Part shown: piece by piece, positions 45,757 to 55,355 of the stretch
How positions within the stretch are numbered: position 1 is the first letter of the stretch
Layout of the letters: each line of letters starts with the position of its first letter
Source of the DNA: Gemmatimonadota bacterium
GTDB lineage: Bacteria > Gemmatimonadota > Gemmatimonadetes > Palauibacterales > KS3-K002
DNA: 64,000 nucleotides
Direction: 5' to 3'
Assembly (NCBI GenBank): GCA_039588015.1
Contig: JBDHAS010000023.1
Coordinates: forward strand, 6,868 to 70,867
Notes under the pieces: generated by a model
What the model saw: the letters and a program-made list of their open reading frames with translations, nothing else
What the model was told of the DNA's origin: nothing
The model's database searches: none
Program-made: the position numbers and the translations under genes

Positions 45757-47433
45757 ATGGCTAGAACGCTTGTTGTAGGACTGTGCTTGGTGTTCATCTC
45801 TGCGTCTCACGCTGCGGGCCAGGTGCCCGAGAAAGCCGCGGGCCGCCTACTGTTCACGCTCGGTACGACGCCAGCGGGATCGGAGTCTTATAGCCTCGAG
45901 CGGCTGGCCGACGGAGGCTTCCGCCTGAGCGGGAATGTCGACCTTCAGATACCCAGTCTTCACATCGTTCAGGGCGTCGACGTCGAGGCGGACCAGCGGC
46001 TCGCGTTCCGGCGAGCTCGCGTGCTGGCCGCTGTGAATGGCGACACGACGGAGTACACGCTGGTGCGGGCCGACGGCCGCGGCATCCAGAGTGCCGTGCA
46101 GGGTGATTCCACCACGACGGCGGAGATCGAGACACCCGAACGCTCCGTCCTTTTAACCAACAACGTCATTCACCACATCGTTCAATTCGCGTGGCTGTTC
46201 GACGGCGCTCTGGGTGAGTCTCGCGAGTTCGTGGCTTTCCCGCGTGTGCCGGTGACCGTGGAGCTGCAACGTTCCGGCAGCGTCGAGAGCGATGGCCATG
46301 GCCTTGCTGTGCGGCGTTACTACCTCAACATCGCCAATCGCTTGGGTGCCTATGTGTGGTTAGCCGAGGACGGTACGCCGCTGAAAGTCTCGGTCCCGTT
46401 GCAAGCGTTCGAAGCCGTGAGCGAAGCGCACCAGGAGTGGGCACCTTTGTTGACGCCTGGGACAAACCAGCCGGAGGAAGAGACGTCTGAGGCGGTCGAC
46501 TACGCTGCCGAGGAAGTCCGGTTCGAGTCGGACACCATCACGCTCGCTGGTACGCTGACTTTGCCGCGAGGAACGGGACCCTGGCCGGCGGCCGTTCTGA
46601 TTACCGGATCCGGAGCGCAGGACCGCGATGAAAACACTCCGGGGCCGGGCGGACTGAAGCTCGGAATCTTTCGGAGCATCGCCGATACGCTTACGCGGCG
46701 CGGCGTGGCGGTGCTCAGATACGATGATCGTGGTGTCGGCGGCAGTGGGGGGAGCCTTGCCTCGGCGGGCCTGAGCGATCTGGTTGCGGATGTTGAAGCT
46801 GCGGTGCACTACCTGCGCGGCCGTTCGGAGGTCGATCCGGCGCGCGTCGCTCTTGTCGGCCACAGCGAAGGCGGGATCATCGCCCCGATCGTCGCGGCAG
46901 AAGATACGGCGCTGGCCGCCATTGTCGTGATGGCCGGCACGGCGACACCGCTGGACTCGGTTCTGGTGGAGCAGGCCGTCAGTGCTGCCCGTGAAGCGGG
47001 TGGCGATTCGTCAGATCTGGCCGAGTCTAGGGAGCTTATCGAGCGGCTTTCACGGGCGATCCGCGAAGGGAGTGACCTCGACACGCTGGGATTGCCCCCG
47101 GCACAGCAACAGCTTGCCCAGTCGCGGTGGCTGCGCGAGCATGTGCAGCACGACCCGTTGGCGACGATCCGCAGAGTGCGACGCCCCGTGTTGATCGTGA
47201 ACGGCGGACAGGACGTGCAGGTGGCGCCGGAACACGCTCGCCGGCTCGGAGCGGCCCTGGACGAAGCAAATCACCCCGACTACGAGGTCAAGATCTTCCC
47301 GCAGTTGAACCACTTGTTCGCCGTCTCGAGAGGCGAAGGTATTGCTGAGTATGTCGACCCAGACGCAAAGGTCGATGGGGAGTTCCTGAGCTATCTGGCA
47401 GATTGGCTCACGCTGCGCGTGGACCGACGCTGA
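45757..47433 (+). CDS. Secreted alpha/beta hydrolase (S9/BAAT-like) with N-terminal beta-rich domain
   Basis: 558-aa ORF with a signal peptide. The C-terminal half has ITGSGAQDRDE, the nucleophile elbow VGHSEGG, and a late LNHLF His region. Confidence 0.75.
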   Translation: MARTLVVGLCLVFISASHAAGQVPEKAAGRLLFTLGTTPAGSESYSLERLADGGFRLSGNVDLQIPSLHIVQGVDVEADQRLAFRRARVLAAVNGDTTEYTLVRADGRGIQSAVQGDSTTTAEIETPERSVLLTNNVIHHIVQFAWLFDGALGESREFVAFPRVPVTVELQRSGSVESDGHGLAVRRYYLNIANRLGAYVWLAEDGTPLKVSVPLQAFEAVSEAHQEWAPLLTPGTNQPEEETSEAVDYAAEEVRFESDTITLAGTLTLPRGTGPWPAAVLITGSGAQDRDENTPGPGGLKLGIFRSIADTLTRRGVAVLRYDDRGVGGSGGSLASAGLSDLVADVEAAVHYLRGRSEVDPARVALVGHSEGGIIAPIVAAEDTALAAIVVMAGTATPLDSVLVEQAVSAAREAGGDSSDLAESRELIERLSRAIREGSDLDTLGLPPAQQQLAQSRWLREHVQHDPLATIRRVRRPVLIVNGGQDVQVAPEHARRLGAALDEANHPDYEVKIFPQLNHLFAVSRGEGIAEYVDPDAKVDGEFLSYLADWLTLRVDRR

Positions 47434-47460
47434 AACAGAGGACGCACCCGCGCTGGCGAC

Positions 47461-48534
47461 TCAGTCGCCGAAGCTGATCCCCAATGCCCGAGCCGTAGCC
47501 ACCACGTCGCCATCCACCGGCACCTTCTTCTGCTGGCTCACTGCCTCGGCGAGAGGAATGACCCTGATATCCGGCGGGTCGAGCGCGACCATGCAGCCGA
47601 AATCACCGGCCTCGATACATCGGACAGCGGCGGCGCCGAACCGGAGCGCTAGGAGGCGATCGTAGGAGATCGGTGAACCGCCTCGCTGGAGGTGGCGCAG
47701 CGCTATGGCACGGGCATCTTTGCCGGTCGCTTGGGTGATCTGTTTCGCCAGCACCTCACATACTCCGCCAAGCCTTCGCGCCTCGGGATCGTCGAAGACC
47801 GGTGTGCCGTCCTTGGGAACGGCGCCTTCAGCGGCAACGACGATCGCGAAGCGCCGACCGAGACGCTCACGTTCCAGGACCTTCTTGCAGACGTTCTCGA
47901 TGCTGTACGGGATCTCGGGAATGAGAATCACGTCCGCGGTCCCCGCGACTCCGGCGAATAGCGCGATCCATCCGGTGTCTCGTCCCATGACTTCCACAAC
48001 CATCACGCGCTCGTGAGCCTGGGCCGTGGAATGCAGCCGGTCGATCGCGTCGGTGGCGACGTAGACGGCGGTCAAGAACCCAAACGTCAAGGGCGTGCCT
48101 TCGATGTCGTTGTCGATCGTCTTCGGCACACCGACTACCTTGATGCCCTTTTGAGAAAGATCGTGCGCGATCCGCAGGCTGCCGTCGCCGCCGATGGCTA
48201 TAAGCGCATCGAACTCGCAATCGTGAAAGGCTTCGACTACTTCATCGGAACGGTCCACCAGGTCGACCGTCCCATCGTCGCGCTCGACCGGCCAAGCGAA
48301 GGGATTTCCGCGGTTTGTCGTCCCGAGGATGGTGCCACCGAGATGCGTTATGCCCCGCACAGTCTCACGCGTGAGCGGGACGATGTCGTCTTCGCCTAGA
48401 AGCCCCGAGTAGGCACGGCGTATTCCGTGGACTTCCCAGCCTTGGTTGAGGGCGGAGAGCGTGGCTGCCCGAATCACGGCGTTGAGACCGGGCGCGTCGC
48501 CGCCGCCGGTATTGATGGCAATACGCTTTGTCAT
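47461..48534 (-). CDS. pfkA: 6-phosphofructokinase (PfkA family; ATP- versus PPi-dependence not determined)
   Basis: The ATG at 48534 gives MTKRIAINTGGGDAPGLNAVIRA. Also present are IGGDGS, PKTIDNDI and MGRDTGWIA. The track ORF extends to 48642. Confidence 0.9.
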   Translation of the reverse strand: MTKRIAINTGGGDAPGLNAVIRAATLSALNQGWEVHGIRRAYSGLLGEDDIVPLTRETVRGITHLGGTILGTTNRGNPFAWPVERDDGTVDLVDRSDEVVEAFHDCEFDALIAIGGDGSLRIAHDLSQKGIKVVGVPKTIDNDIEGTPLTFGFLTAVYVATDAIDRLHSTAQAHERVMVVEVMGRDTGWIALFAGVAGTADVILIPEIPYSIENVCKKVLERERLGRRFAIVVAAEGAVPKDGTPVFDDPEARRLGGVCEVLAKQITQATGKDARAIALRHLQRGGSPISYDRLLALRFGAAAVRCIEAGDFGCMVALDPPDIRVIPLAEAVSQQKKVPVDGDVVATARALGISFGD

Positions 48535-48711
48535 GGCTCGAACCCTTTTGGCTGCGAAATCACGGCTTAGCCGGGGACGGCATGGCCGCCACGGGGTGGA
48601 CACCGCCGCTTCCGAACAGCATTCTATCCTAAATCCACGCACGCCACTACATGCGAGCTCCTGAACAGGTACGGTCGAGACGCTACTTCGTCAGCGCTCG
48701 GAGGTCTTGAA

Positions 48712-49134
48712 ATGGGCAGAATCAACATCGGGCGTGTAATCGTTGGCGGGTTGGTTGCGGGTCTGTTCATCAATGTGGCCCAGTCGCTCCTCAACTTGGT
48801 CATGATCGCGGACCGGATGGAGCTGGCATACCGGGAGTTGAACCTCCCACAACCGAGTGGCGGAACCATAGTCCTATTCATCGTCTTGGGTTTCGTGCTG
48901 GGGATCTTGACGGTGTGGCTCTACGCCGCTGTCCGTCCACGTTTCGGGCCGGGCCCCAAGACTGCGATTCTAACGGGGTTCTTCGTCTGGCTGTTCGCGT
49001 ACTTGTGGCCCGCACTCGGTGACGCGCTACTGGGACTGCTTGACGCGGACCTGTTGGTGTTCATCGCCGTTTGGGGCATGTTCGAGATTCTGGCCGCGAC
49101 GGTGGCCGGCGCCTGGTTTTACAAGGAGGGGTAG
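48712..49134 (+). CDS. Hypothetical 4-TM membrane protein
   Basis: 140-aa hydrophobic ORF. No family recognised. Confidence 0.5.
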   Translation: MGRINIGRVIVGGLVAGLFINVAQSLLNLVMIADRMELAYRELNLPQPSGGTIVLFIVLGFVLGILTVWLYAAVRPRFGPGPKTAILTGFFVWLFAYLWPALGDALLGLLDADLLVFIAVWGMFEILAATVAGAWFYKEG

Positions 49135-49184
49135 GCCATCGCTTTCTGTGCGCCGGGACGGGTCGGGTCCAACACTGAGACCGG

Positions 49185-49595
49185 GTGAGCGGTTCCTCGA
49201 GTCGCGTGTCCAAATGGACTCTTATCTTCGATGGGGATTGCCGCTTCTGTCGGAGGCAGGTGGGTGCCGTCAAGCGCTGGGACTCTGCGGGTCGTATCGA
49301 TCCAGTCGCATATCAGGTCGCGGAGTTGGAGCCTTACGGCGTAAGCCTGAAGGCCGCGGAACAGGCGATGCACCTCGTCGCCCCGTCCGGCGCCGTCTGG
49401 TCGGGCGCCGCAGCGGCACGGGAGTTGTTTCGCCTATTGCCGGTGTTGCGGCCCCTCGCGTGGTTGTTTCGGGTGCCCGGCGTGATGTTCGTGACAGAGC
49501 GGGCGTATCGCTGGGTGGCCAGACGCCGGCATCGGTTCGGTTGCGAGAGCAGCGCCTGCAAGCGCGGGACGTCCGAGTCGCGGCCTCCAGCCTGA
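49185..49595 (+). CDS. DCC-family thiol-disulfide oxidoreductase (DUF393)
   Basis: LIFDGDCRFCRRQV carries the DCC (DxxCxxC) signature. 136 aa. Confidence 0.75.
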   Translation: MSGSSSRVSKWTLIFDGDCRFCRRQVGAVKRWDSAGRIDPVAYQVAELEPYGVSLKAAEQAMHLVAPSGAVWSGAAAARELFRLLPVLRPLAWLFRVPGVMFVTERAYRWVARRRHRFGCESSACKRGTSESRPPA

Positions 49596-49613
49596 ACGGG
49601 GTTGGATAGAACG

Positions 49614-50096
49614 ATGTTCAGACGACTGCTTCTGCTGTTCATAGTCGTGCCGATCGCGGAGCTTGCCCTCCTGATACAGATCGGGCGGTGGGTCGGCCTC
49701 TGGCCAACCTTGGCGCTCATCGCCGTCACCGGAGTGATCGGAGCGACATTGGCGAGCAGGGAGGGCCTGCGGGCCTGGCATGCGTTTCAGGATGACTTGG
49801 CGCGAGGCCGCATACCGGGCCGACCCATACTCGATGGGCTGTCCATCTTTGTCGGTGGCGCTTTGCTCCTGACTCCGGGCCTGATGACGGACGTGTTCGG
49901 CTTCACTCTGCTTGCGCGACCGACCAGGCGATGGATTCAGAACCGAGTCGTGGACCGCTTCGGCGGCAGGCTGATTCAGCGGGGTCAGGTCTTCATTCGC
50001 ACGTCGGCCAATTGGGGCAGGGACGGGGGCGGGCCTCGTAATCATGGCGACGAGATTCCTTTGGGTCGTGAGATCGAAGAGAGGAACGACTCATAG
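49614..50096 (+). CDS. fxsA: FxsA-family membrane protein
   Basis: The ATG at 49614 gives MFRRLLLLFIVVPIAELALLIQIG, the canonical FxsA N-terminus. LLLTPGLMTDVFGFTLL is also present. Confidence 0.8.
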   Translation: MFRRLLLLFIVVPIAELALLIQIGRWVGLWPTLALIAVTGVIGATLASREGLRAWHAFQDDLARGRIPGRPILDGLSIFVGGALLLTPGLMTDVFGFTLLARPTRRWIQNRVVDRFGGRLIQRGQVFIRTSANWGRDGGGPRNHGDEIPLGREIEERNDS

Positions 50097-50119
50097 CGAG
50101 TGGCTCAGAGAGAGGGCGT

Positions 50120-50578
50120 GTGATGATCCGGTCTTTTTTGGCGCGAACTCTTCCGGAGTGGGGTCCGATCTTCTTGCGGCTCGCCCTGGGCACCGTCTTC
50201 ATAGCGCACGGGTGGGCCAAGCTCGGAACGCCGCTGGGCACGCCCGAAGGATTCAACATCAGCAGTTGGAACTGGCCGTATCCGATATTCTGGGCCTGGG
50301 TTGTCGCCCTCGTGGAAGCCTTCGGCGGGCTTCTCATCCTGGTCGGATTGTTCACGCGCTTGGCGGCCTTGCTGGTCGCCACTGTGATGGCTGTTGCCAT
50401 TATCAAACTCAAGGCGGAGCAGGGGTTCATCGGTGGGTCCGAGTTCGAGTACACGCTGCTCATGATCGCTTTGGCGCTGGCGTTTACCGGCGGTGGGCGT
50501 TTGTCTGTTGACCGCGACGTGTTGGGTTGGGGAGCTCCTCCGTCGCGAAGCCCTGTGGGAGAGACGCCCTATGATTGA
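50120..50578 (+). CDS. DoxX-family membrane protein
   Basis: 152-aa ORF. LRLALGTVFIAHGWAKL and EAFGGLLILVGLFTRLAALL are DoxX-like. Confidence 0.75.
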   Translation: MMIRSFLARTLPEWGPIFLRLALGTVFIAHGWAKLGTPLGTPEGFNISSWNWPYPIFWAWVVALVEAFGGLLILVGLFTRLAALLVATVMAVAIIKLKAEQGFIGGSEFEYTLLMIALALAFTGGGRLSVDRDVLGWGAPPSRSPVGETPYD

Positions 50579-51206
50579 CATAACCCGGCCTTTAGGAGCA
50601 GATACGGCCGAATGGCCGGGCGACACCCCATTCAGCATCGATTGGACTCAGCATCTGTGGCGAGGCGACAACGTCTCGGTGTCTCGCATCGTGCTGAGCC
50701 CACATATCGGGACACATGCCGATGCTCCGGCGCACTTTCAGTCCGGTGGTGCGACTAGCGGCGAATTTGACCTGGCCGCGTTCATCGGACCTGTATTGGT
50801 GATCGATGCTCGCGGGTCGGACTTGGTGAGCACAGAAGTCATGAAGGAGCGAGGCGCCATCGGTCGCACTCGTGTTCTGGTCCGCTCTCTCGAAGAAGTC
50901 CGGCCAGAGGAATTCCACGAAGACTTCCCACCGTTGGCGGCTGAAGCGGCAGAAGCTTTGGTGAGTGCTGGGCTCGTTCTCTATGGAACCGACGCGCCTT
51001 CGGTCGATCCTATGGACAGCGCGAGTATGGACGCTCACCGCGCCCTTGGCGCCGCCGGCATCCCAATCCTAGAGAACCTCGACCTCACCCGAGCCCAGCC
51101 GGGCGATTACGACCTTTTTGCGCTGCCCATGAAGCTCGAAGGCGCTGAAGCGTCACCGGTTCGAGCCGTCCTACTCCCGTCAGGCACGCTCACCGGCCGG
51201 GACTAG
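50571..51206 (+). CDS. kynB: Cyclase-family protein / kynurenine (aryl)formamidase-like
   Basis: The ATG at 50571 gives MIDITRPL. The metal-binding motif is SPHIGTHADAPAHF (HxGTHxDxPxH). The track ORF starts at 50493. Confidence 0.75.
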   Translation: MIDITRPLGADTAEWPGDTPFSIDWTQHLWRGDNVSVSRIVLSPHIGTHADAPAHFQSGGATSGEFDLAAFIGPVLVIDARGSDLVSTEVMKERGAIGRTRVLVRSLEEVRPEEFHEDFPPLAAEAAEALVSAGLVLYGTDAPSVDPMDSASMDAHRALGAAGIPILENLDLTRAQPGDYDLFALPMKLEGAEASPVRAVLLPSGTLTGRD

Positions 51207-51393
51207 TCCGCTTTCAGCCGCTGATCCGCTTGGCTGGCCACGCCAGCTAATCCGGTCCGTGCAACCTTGCCCGCTGCCGATCCGTATGGGTGGAAGACGG
51301 GCGGCCTACATGACCGACGGCTCTAGTCGTGGTCGGTATGCCGTCGTGTCGTCTTAGGGTACTTCGATTCGTGTGACCGGATAGGGGGAACGC

Positions 51394-53712
51394 ATGGCGT
51401 TCGGCGTTGTGAGGCACCTGCTGAACCGGCGGGTGCCGCAGATCCTGGGTTTGTACCTGGGTGCCTCCTGGATCATAGTCGAGTTTGTAAGCCTGCTGGT
51501 TGACCGGTTCACCCTGTCACCACACCTAATCGAGTTCAGCTTAGTGGTGCTTGGGGCGCTCGTTCCCACCGTGCTCCTGCTCGCCTATTTCCACGGCGCC
51601 CCGGGGCGGAACGACTGGACGACGGCCGAGAAGATCGGGATTCCGGTGAATCTGTTGGCGGCCGCCGTTCTCGTTGTCGCTGTGTTCAACGATCGGCCGT
51701 TGGGCGCGGCTACCACTCGCCTGGTGTTGGAGAACGAGGAGGGCCAAACGGTAGAGCGCGTCGTTCCCGTAGGCGAATTCCGTAAAAAGCTCGTTGTTTT
51801 CAACTTCGAGAACCAATCCGGCGATTCGTCGTTGGAGTGGATGCAGCTGGGTCTGACGCTGGGGCTGTTGCTCGATATGGACCAGGACGTCTTTGTCGAC
51901 TTCGGCGGCTTCAGGGGACTTCAGGAGAAGCTTGAACGGGCCGGCCATCCGGAAGGCGTAGGGCTACCGGTCAGTCTGATGGCCAAGTTGGCGGGTGAGC
52001 TTCAGCGTGACTACTTCATGACCGGGACGGTCAGCGAGCTAGATGGCCTGCTATCGGTGCGAACTTCGCTGTACGAGACCCGCCGGCATAAGCTTCTCGC
52101 CGAGAACTCGTTTTCTGGGACGGACATCCTGGATTTGGTCGATGAAATCTCTCTCCAGGCCCGGCGCGACCTTGGGATACCGGAACGACACATAGAGGAG
52201 ACCGCGGATCTGCGACTCGCGGATATCCTCACGAGTTCGACCGAGGCTGCCAGGCTTCAGATGATGGCCTTTCACGAAATCATCGTGACCAAAGACTGGG
52301 AGGCTGCGGCTGACTATTTAGAACGCGCCGTTAAGGTAGACCCGACTTCGGCATTCGCGCAGTTCCAGTTGGCCGTTGTGTATCTGATGTCGAGCCAGAA
52401 GGAAAAGGCCGATAGCGCCGCCCAGCTTGCCATGGAGCATCTGTACCGGCTGCCGGAATGGTGGCAGTACGACGTCAAGTACTTCTACTACAGCACCATC
52501 GATCCCGACCCTGACAAGCGCTTCGCGGTCGCGCGAATGATGGTCGGGTTGTTCCCGGATGAGCTCGACGGTCACGCTCTCATGGCGGCAGAGTATGAAT
52601 ACCGCAACCAGCGTGACGCGGCGATCTCGGAGTTGGAGCGCATCCTCGAGATCGATCCATCACAGCACCGATACTTGAGGCGGATCGGTCACCTCTACAG
52701 AGCAAAGGGCGACTTTGACATGGCGCTCGAGTACTTCCAGCGCTATGCGGATGCCGTCCCCAACGATTATACCGCCTTCGATGCCATGGGCGACCTCTAC
52801 GCGACGATGGGAGAGCACGAGCGCGCCCGGTTCTACTACGAGCGTGCTCTGATCATCGACCCGGATAACGTCTACGTGATGAGCGATCTGGCGACGACGA
52901 CCTTCAACATCGGGGACATAGCGGAATCGCTGGAACTGCACCGTGAAGCGCTCGAGGCGAGCCGTACGGCTCAGGAGCGGGCTTCCGCGCATGCGCGGCT
53001 GAGCACCCATTTTGTTGTGCGAGGACGGTTGGCCGAGGCGATCGAGCACAAGAAGCTGGAATGGCGGGAGCGAGAGCTGTACGAGGCGCCGGCCGTAGTG
53101 CTTTCCAGCGAATTGATGTCGTTGGACCTGTTTGCCAAAGCCGGCAGGTCGGATGAGGCGTTTGAGATTATCCGGCAGGCCGAGTTGGAGCTGGCGCCGC
53201 CGTTCACCCTGAACATCCCATTCGGTTACCTCGCGGTTTATCTGGAAGTTGAAGACGCCAAACGGGCTCAGGCCGCGCATGCGGAGGCCGAGGCGCGGAT
53301 GGAGGAAAGCGGAAGAGGTCAAGTCCGCTCCTATCTGCTCGCGTCGCAGGGCAAGATTCACGAGTTGCGAGGGGAGTACGAGAAGGCCGTCGAGCGTTAT
53401 GCGGAGGCTCTGGCGTTCGCTCCCACGGACGTCGTTATCAACCGCTCTCTGGGACGTTGCTATCGAATGCTCGGCCAACTGGCATCGGCTGAGAAGGAAC
53501 TGCTCAGAAACCTCTCTGTCACGCCGCAGAATCCATTGAGTCACCATGAACTAGCTCTGGTGTACGCGGAGGGTGGGCAGCAGAGCAAGGCACTGGAACA
53601 TTTGCAGGTCGCATTGGACGTGTGGAGCGATGCGGACCCCGACTTCAAACCGGCTCAGGACGCGAGGCAGAGAATGGCCGAGCTCGCTGTGGTCGCCCTC
53701 GGTGGCTCGTGA
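51394..53712 (+). CDS. Membrane-anchored TPR-repeat protein
   Basis: 772-aa ORF with about 3 N-terminal TM helices, a periplasmic-type domain (LVVFNFENQSGDSS), then many TPR-like repeats (A..Y.RAL..DP). The opposite-strand ORFs are Arg-rich junk. Confidence 0.75.
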   Translation: MAFGVVRHLLNRRVPQILGLYLGASWIIVEFVSLLVDRFTLSPHLIEFSLVVLGALVPTVLLLAYFHGAPGRNDWTTAEKIGIPVNLLAAAVLVVAVFNDRPLGAATTRLVLENEEGQTVERVVPVGEFRKKLVVFNFENQSGDSSLEWMQLGLTLGLLLDMDQDVFVDFGGFRGLQEKLERAGHPEGVGLPVSLMAKLAGELQRDYFMTGTVSELDGLLSVRTSLYETRRHKLLAENSFSGTDILDLVDEISLQARRDLGIPERHIEETADLRLADILTSSTEAARLQMMAFHEIIVTKDWEAAADYLERAVKVDPTSAFAQFQLAVVYLMSSQKEKADSAAQLAMEHLYRLPEWWQYDVKYFYYSTIDPDPDKRFAVARMMVGLFPDELDGHALMAAEYEYRNQRDAAISELERILEIDPSQHRYLRRIGHLYRAKGDFDMALEYFQRYADAVPNDYTAFDAMGDLYATMGEHERARFYYERALIIDPDNVYVMSDLATTTFNIGDIAESLELHREALEASRTAQERASAHARLSTHFVVRGRLAEAIEHKKLEWRERELYEAPAVVLSSELMSLDLFAKAGRSDEAFEIIRQAELELAPPFTLNIPFGYLAVYLEVEDAKRAQAAHAEAEARMEESGRGQVRSYLLASQGKIHELRGEYEKAVERYAEALAFAPTDVVINRSLGRCYRMLGQLASAEKELLRNLSVTPQNPLSHHELALVYAEGGQQSKALEHLQVALDVWSDADPDFKPAQDARQRMAELAVVALGGS

Positions 53713-54179
53713 TGCTCGACGGAAGAAGGGTCTCGGACGAACTCTTCGAGATGGCATCGGAACCGCCCGATACCATCCTTCATCGCGCCGTGCAACGCAT
53801 TCATCAGGCTGGCGGCGCGTACGATTGGGTGGGCATCTACCTGCTTGCCCACGGCCAGCTGATTCTGCACAGCTACATCGGGAAGCAGACCGACCTGACA
53901 CGGATCGCGGTCGGCAGCGGGGTTTGCGGTACCGCCGTTGCTGAAGACCGGGACATGAATGTTCTGGACGTGGCCAAGCTGGACAACTACATGGCGTGCA
54001 GCGCCGGGACTCGCTCGGAAATTGTCCTGCTCTTTCGGCACGGCGATAGGGTCGTCGGGTTGCTCGACATCGACAGTGACAGGGAAGCGGCGTTCGGGCC
54101 GGCTGACGAACGCGAACTGCGCGTGATCGCCGACGCTTTGGGCGAGCTCGTCGGATCTCGGCTACGCTACAGCCGGTAG
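53712..54179 (+). CDS. GAF-domain protein, free methionine-(R)-sulfoxide reductase-like (MsrC/YebR family)
   Basis: The ATG at 53712 overlaps the TPR stop by 1 nt (TGATG). YDWVGIYLL..., IAVGSGVCGTAV, YMACSAGTRSEIVLL and VVGLLDIDSD match the YebR/fRMsr pattern. Confidence 0.75.
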   Translation: MLDGRRVSDELFEMASEPPDTILHRAVQRIHQAGGAYDWVGIYLLAHGQLILHSYIGKQTDLTRIAVGSGVCGTAVAEDRDMNVLDVAKLDNYMACSAGTRSEIVLLFRHGDRVVGLLDIDSDREAAFGPADERELRVIADALGELVGSRLRYSR

Positions 54180-54215
54180 CGTGCGCGCCCGCGAAGATGG
54201 CGTGATCTCTCGCCC

Positions 54216-54467
54216 TCAGTCTCTGATGCAGTAGTTCGTGACGCTGCGACCGCTCGGGGATCTCGTGTCCTGGAGGTTCTCCGCTATCCACATCTGCTGG
54301 CCGATAGTCACGACCGGATACTCATTGCCATCGATGTCTTCTACGACCGCTTGGTCATTGGCTGTAGACCGTGCGGGTATCGGCTGACCGCCGGGACGGG
54401 GCGACAAGGCGGCCACGGCTAGGCCAACTATGAGTAGCGTGCTGGTCAAATTCTTCGGTAGTGACAT
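54216..54467 (-). CDS. Truncated FISUMP-domain (Fibrobacter succinogenes major paralogous domain) secreted protein fragment
   Basis: 83-aa ORF behind AGGAGG, with a signal peptide. DIDGNEYPVVTIGQQMWIAENL matches the start of the about 170-aa FISUMP domain (DG..Y..V.IG.Q.WMAENL). The ORF stops about 20 residues later. Confidence 0.5.
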   Translation of the reverse strand: MSLPKNLTSTLLIVGLAVAALSPRPGGQPIPARSTANDQAVVEDIDGNEYPVVTIGQQMWIAENLQDTRSPSGRSVTNYCIRD

Positions 54468-54476
54468 GACATCCTC

Positions 54477-55003
54477 CTATCGACGTCGCAGACGCGGCAG
54501 AAAGCGGCCGGTCCGCGTAGCGTAGTCTCGGTAAGCATCGCCGAACCGTGCATGCAGTCCTTCCTCCTCGGCAGCGGTACGACGTCGGTCAAGAGAACGA
54601 CCCAAGCACCGTACAAAGGGTGACGGACCTTGCGGTAAGGACCGGTCGTCACCAGTGCACGGTTCGCGCTGGGCGTATCCGGCAACAGGTTGTGGCCCAG
54701 GTGGCGAAACGCCCAGAAGAGTCCGATGAGTGCGAGGCTGGCCACAGCGGCTCCGACGGCGTGAACGCCGGTCGGCAGGGCGACCTGAGACCAAACCATC
54801 AGGCGTGGGTCTAACACGTAGGCAACGATGCCACAATAGCACGCTATGGTGAGGAGGCGTTCGGTCATGAAGAATCGACAGCTGTGTCCACCGAGCGGGC
54901 GCGCCGTTGCAGCGGCGGCCTTGCGCCGGAAATAGACCGGCATGCTCAAGTCGATGATGACCAGTACAAGAAGAACAAACCGGAACGCGAAATCGCTGTG
55001 CAT
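54477..55003 (-). pseudogene. ICMT/PEMT-family membrane methyltransferase, frame-disrupted
   Basis: The N-terminal frame (track ORF 54446..55003) runs through TTGPYRKVRHPLYGAWVVL. The family's canonical C-terminus AAEEEGLHARFGDAYRDYATRTGRFLP is in the -1 frame (track ORF 54477..54842) only about 15 codons later. About 35 codons would be expected, which implies an internal deletion of 3n+1 nt. Confidence 0.55.
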
Positions 55004-55314
55004 AGCGCTAGGGTCGACCTGGTTGCTAAGGCGACGGTGCTACGAATCTACGGCTTCGCAGCGAGAGTGGTGTGGGCATCGCAAGCGTTCGCATAGAGGA
55101 ACCGTCTCGCGCAGAATAGTCGCGTCCAGGCATGCGGATCAAGCGTGTATAGCGCGGCGCCACTTGACGTCGCGAAGAGGGAAGGTAGTTTGGACGCCTC
55201 GGGTGGATTGATTTGTGGCCGCTTGCAACCACCGTAAAAAAAGCCTAAAGAGCTGGGCGCCGCATTCACGATTCCAGTAGCGGCGGCTCCACCGAATCAA
55301 GGTGAGGAGTGAAC

Positions 55315-55355
55315 GCGACCCATGCTCGTCTCAGTTTGGGTCGCGATTCTTTTTT
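55315..55355 (+). promoter_or_regulatory. Intrinsic-terminator-like hairpin inside the 5' leader of the YitJ-like gene (attenuator/riboswitch expression platform candidate)
   Basis: Perfect 8-bp stem gcgaccca (55315-55322) / tgggtcgc (55337-55344) is followed by gattcTTTTTT (to 55355). It ends 30 nt before the ATG at 55385. Confidence 0.55.

Noticed and set aside
55190-55320. Assigning the yitJ leader to the SAM-I (S-box) class on the basis of GCAACC and AGAGGGA-like strings, or to SAM-II on the basis of the A7-GCC-TAAAG tract
   Set aside because: I could not reproduce the full conserved core or the helix order of either class by eye. For SAM-I that means the P1 closing helix, the GGCCC...GGUGC.AA.UCC junction and the kink-turn. 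Isolated hexamers occur by chance. I report it only as an unclassified terminator-containing leader.
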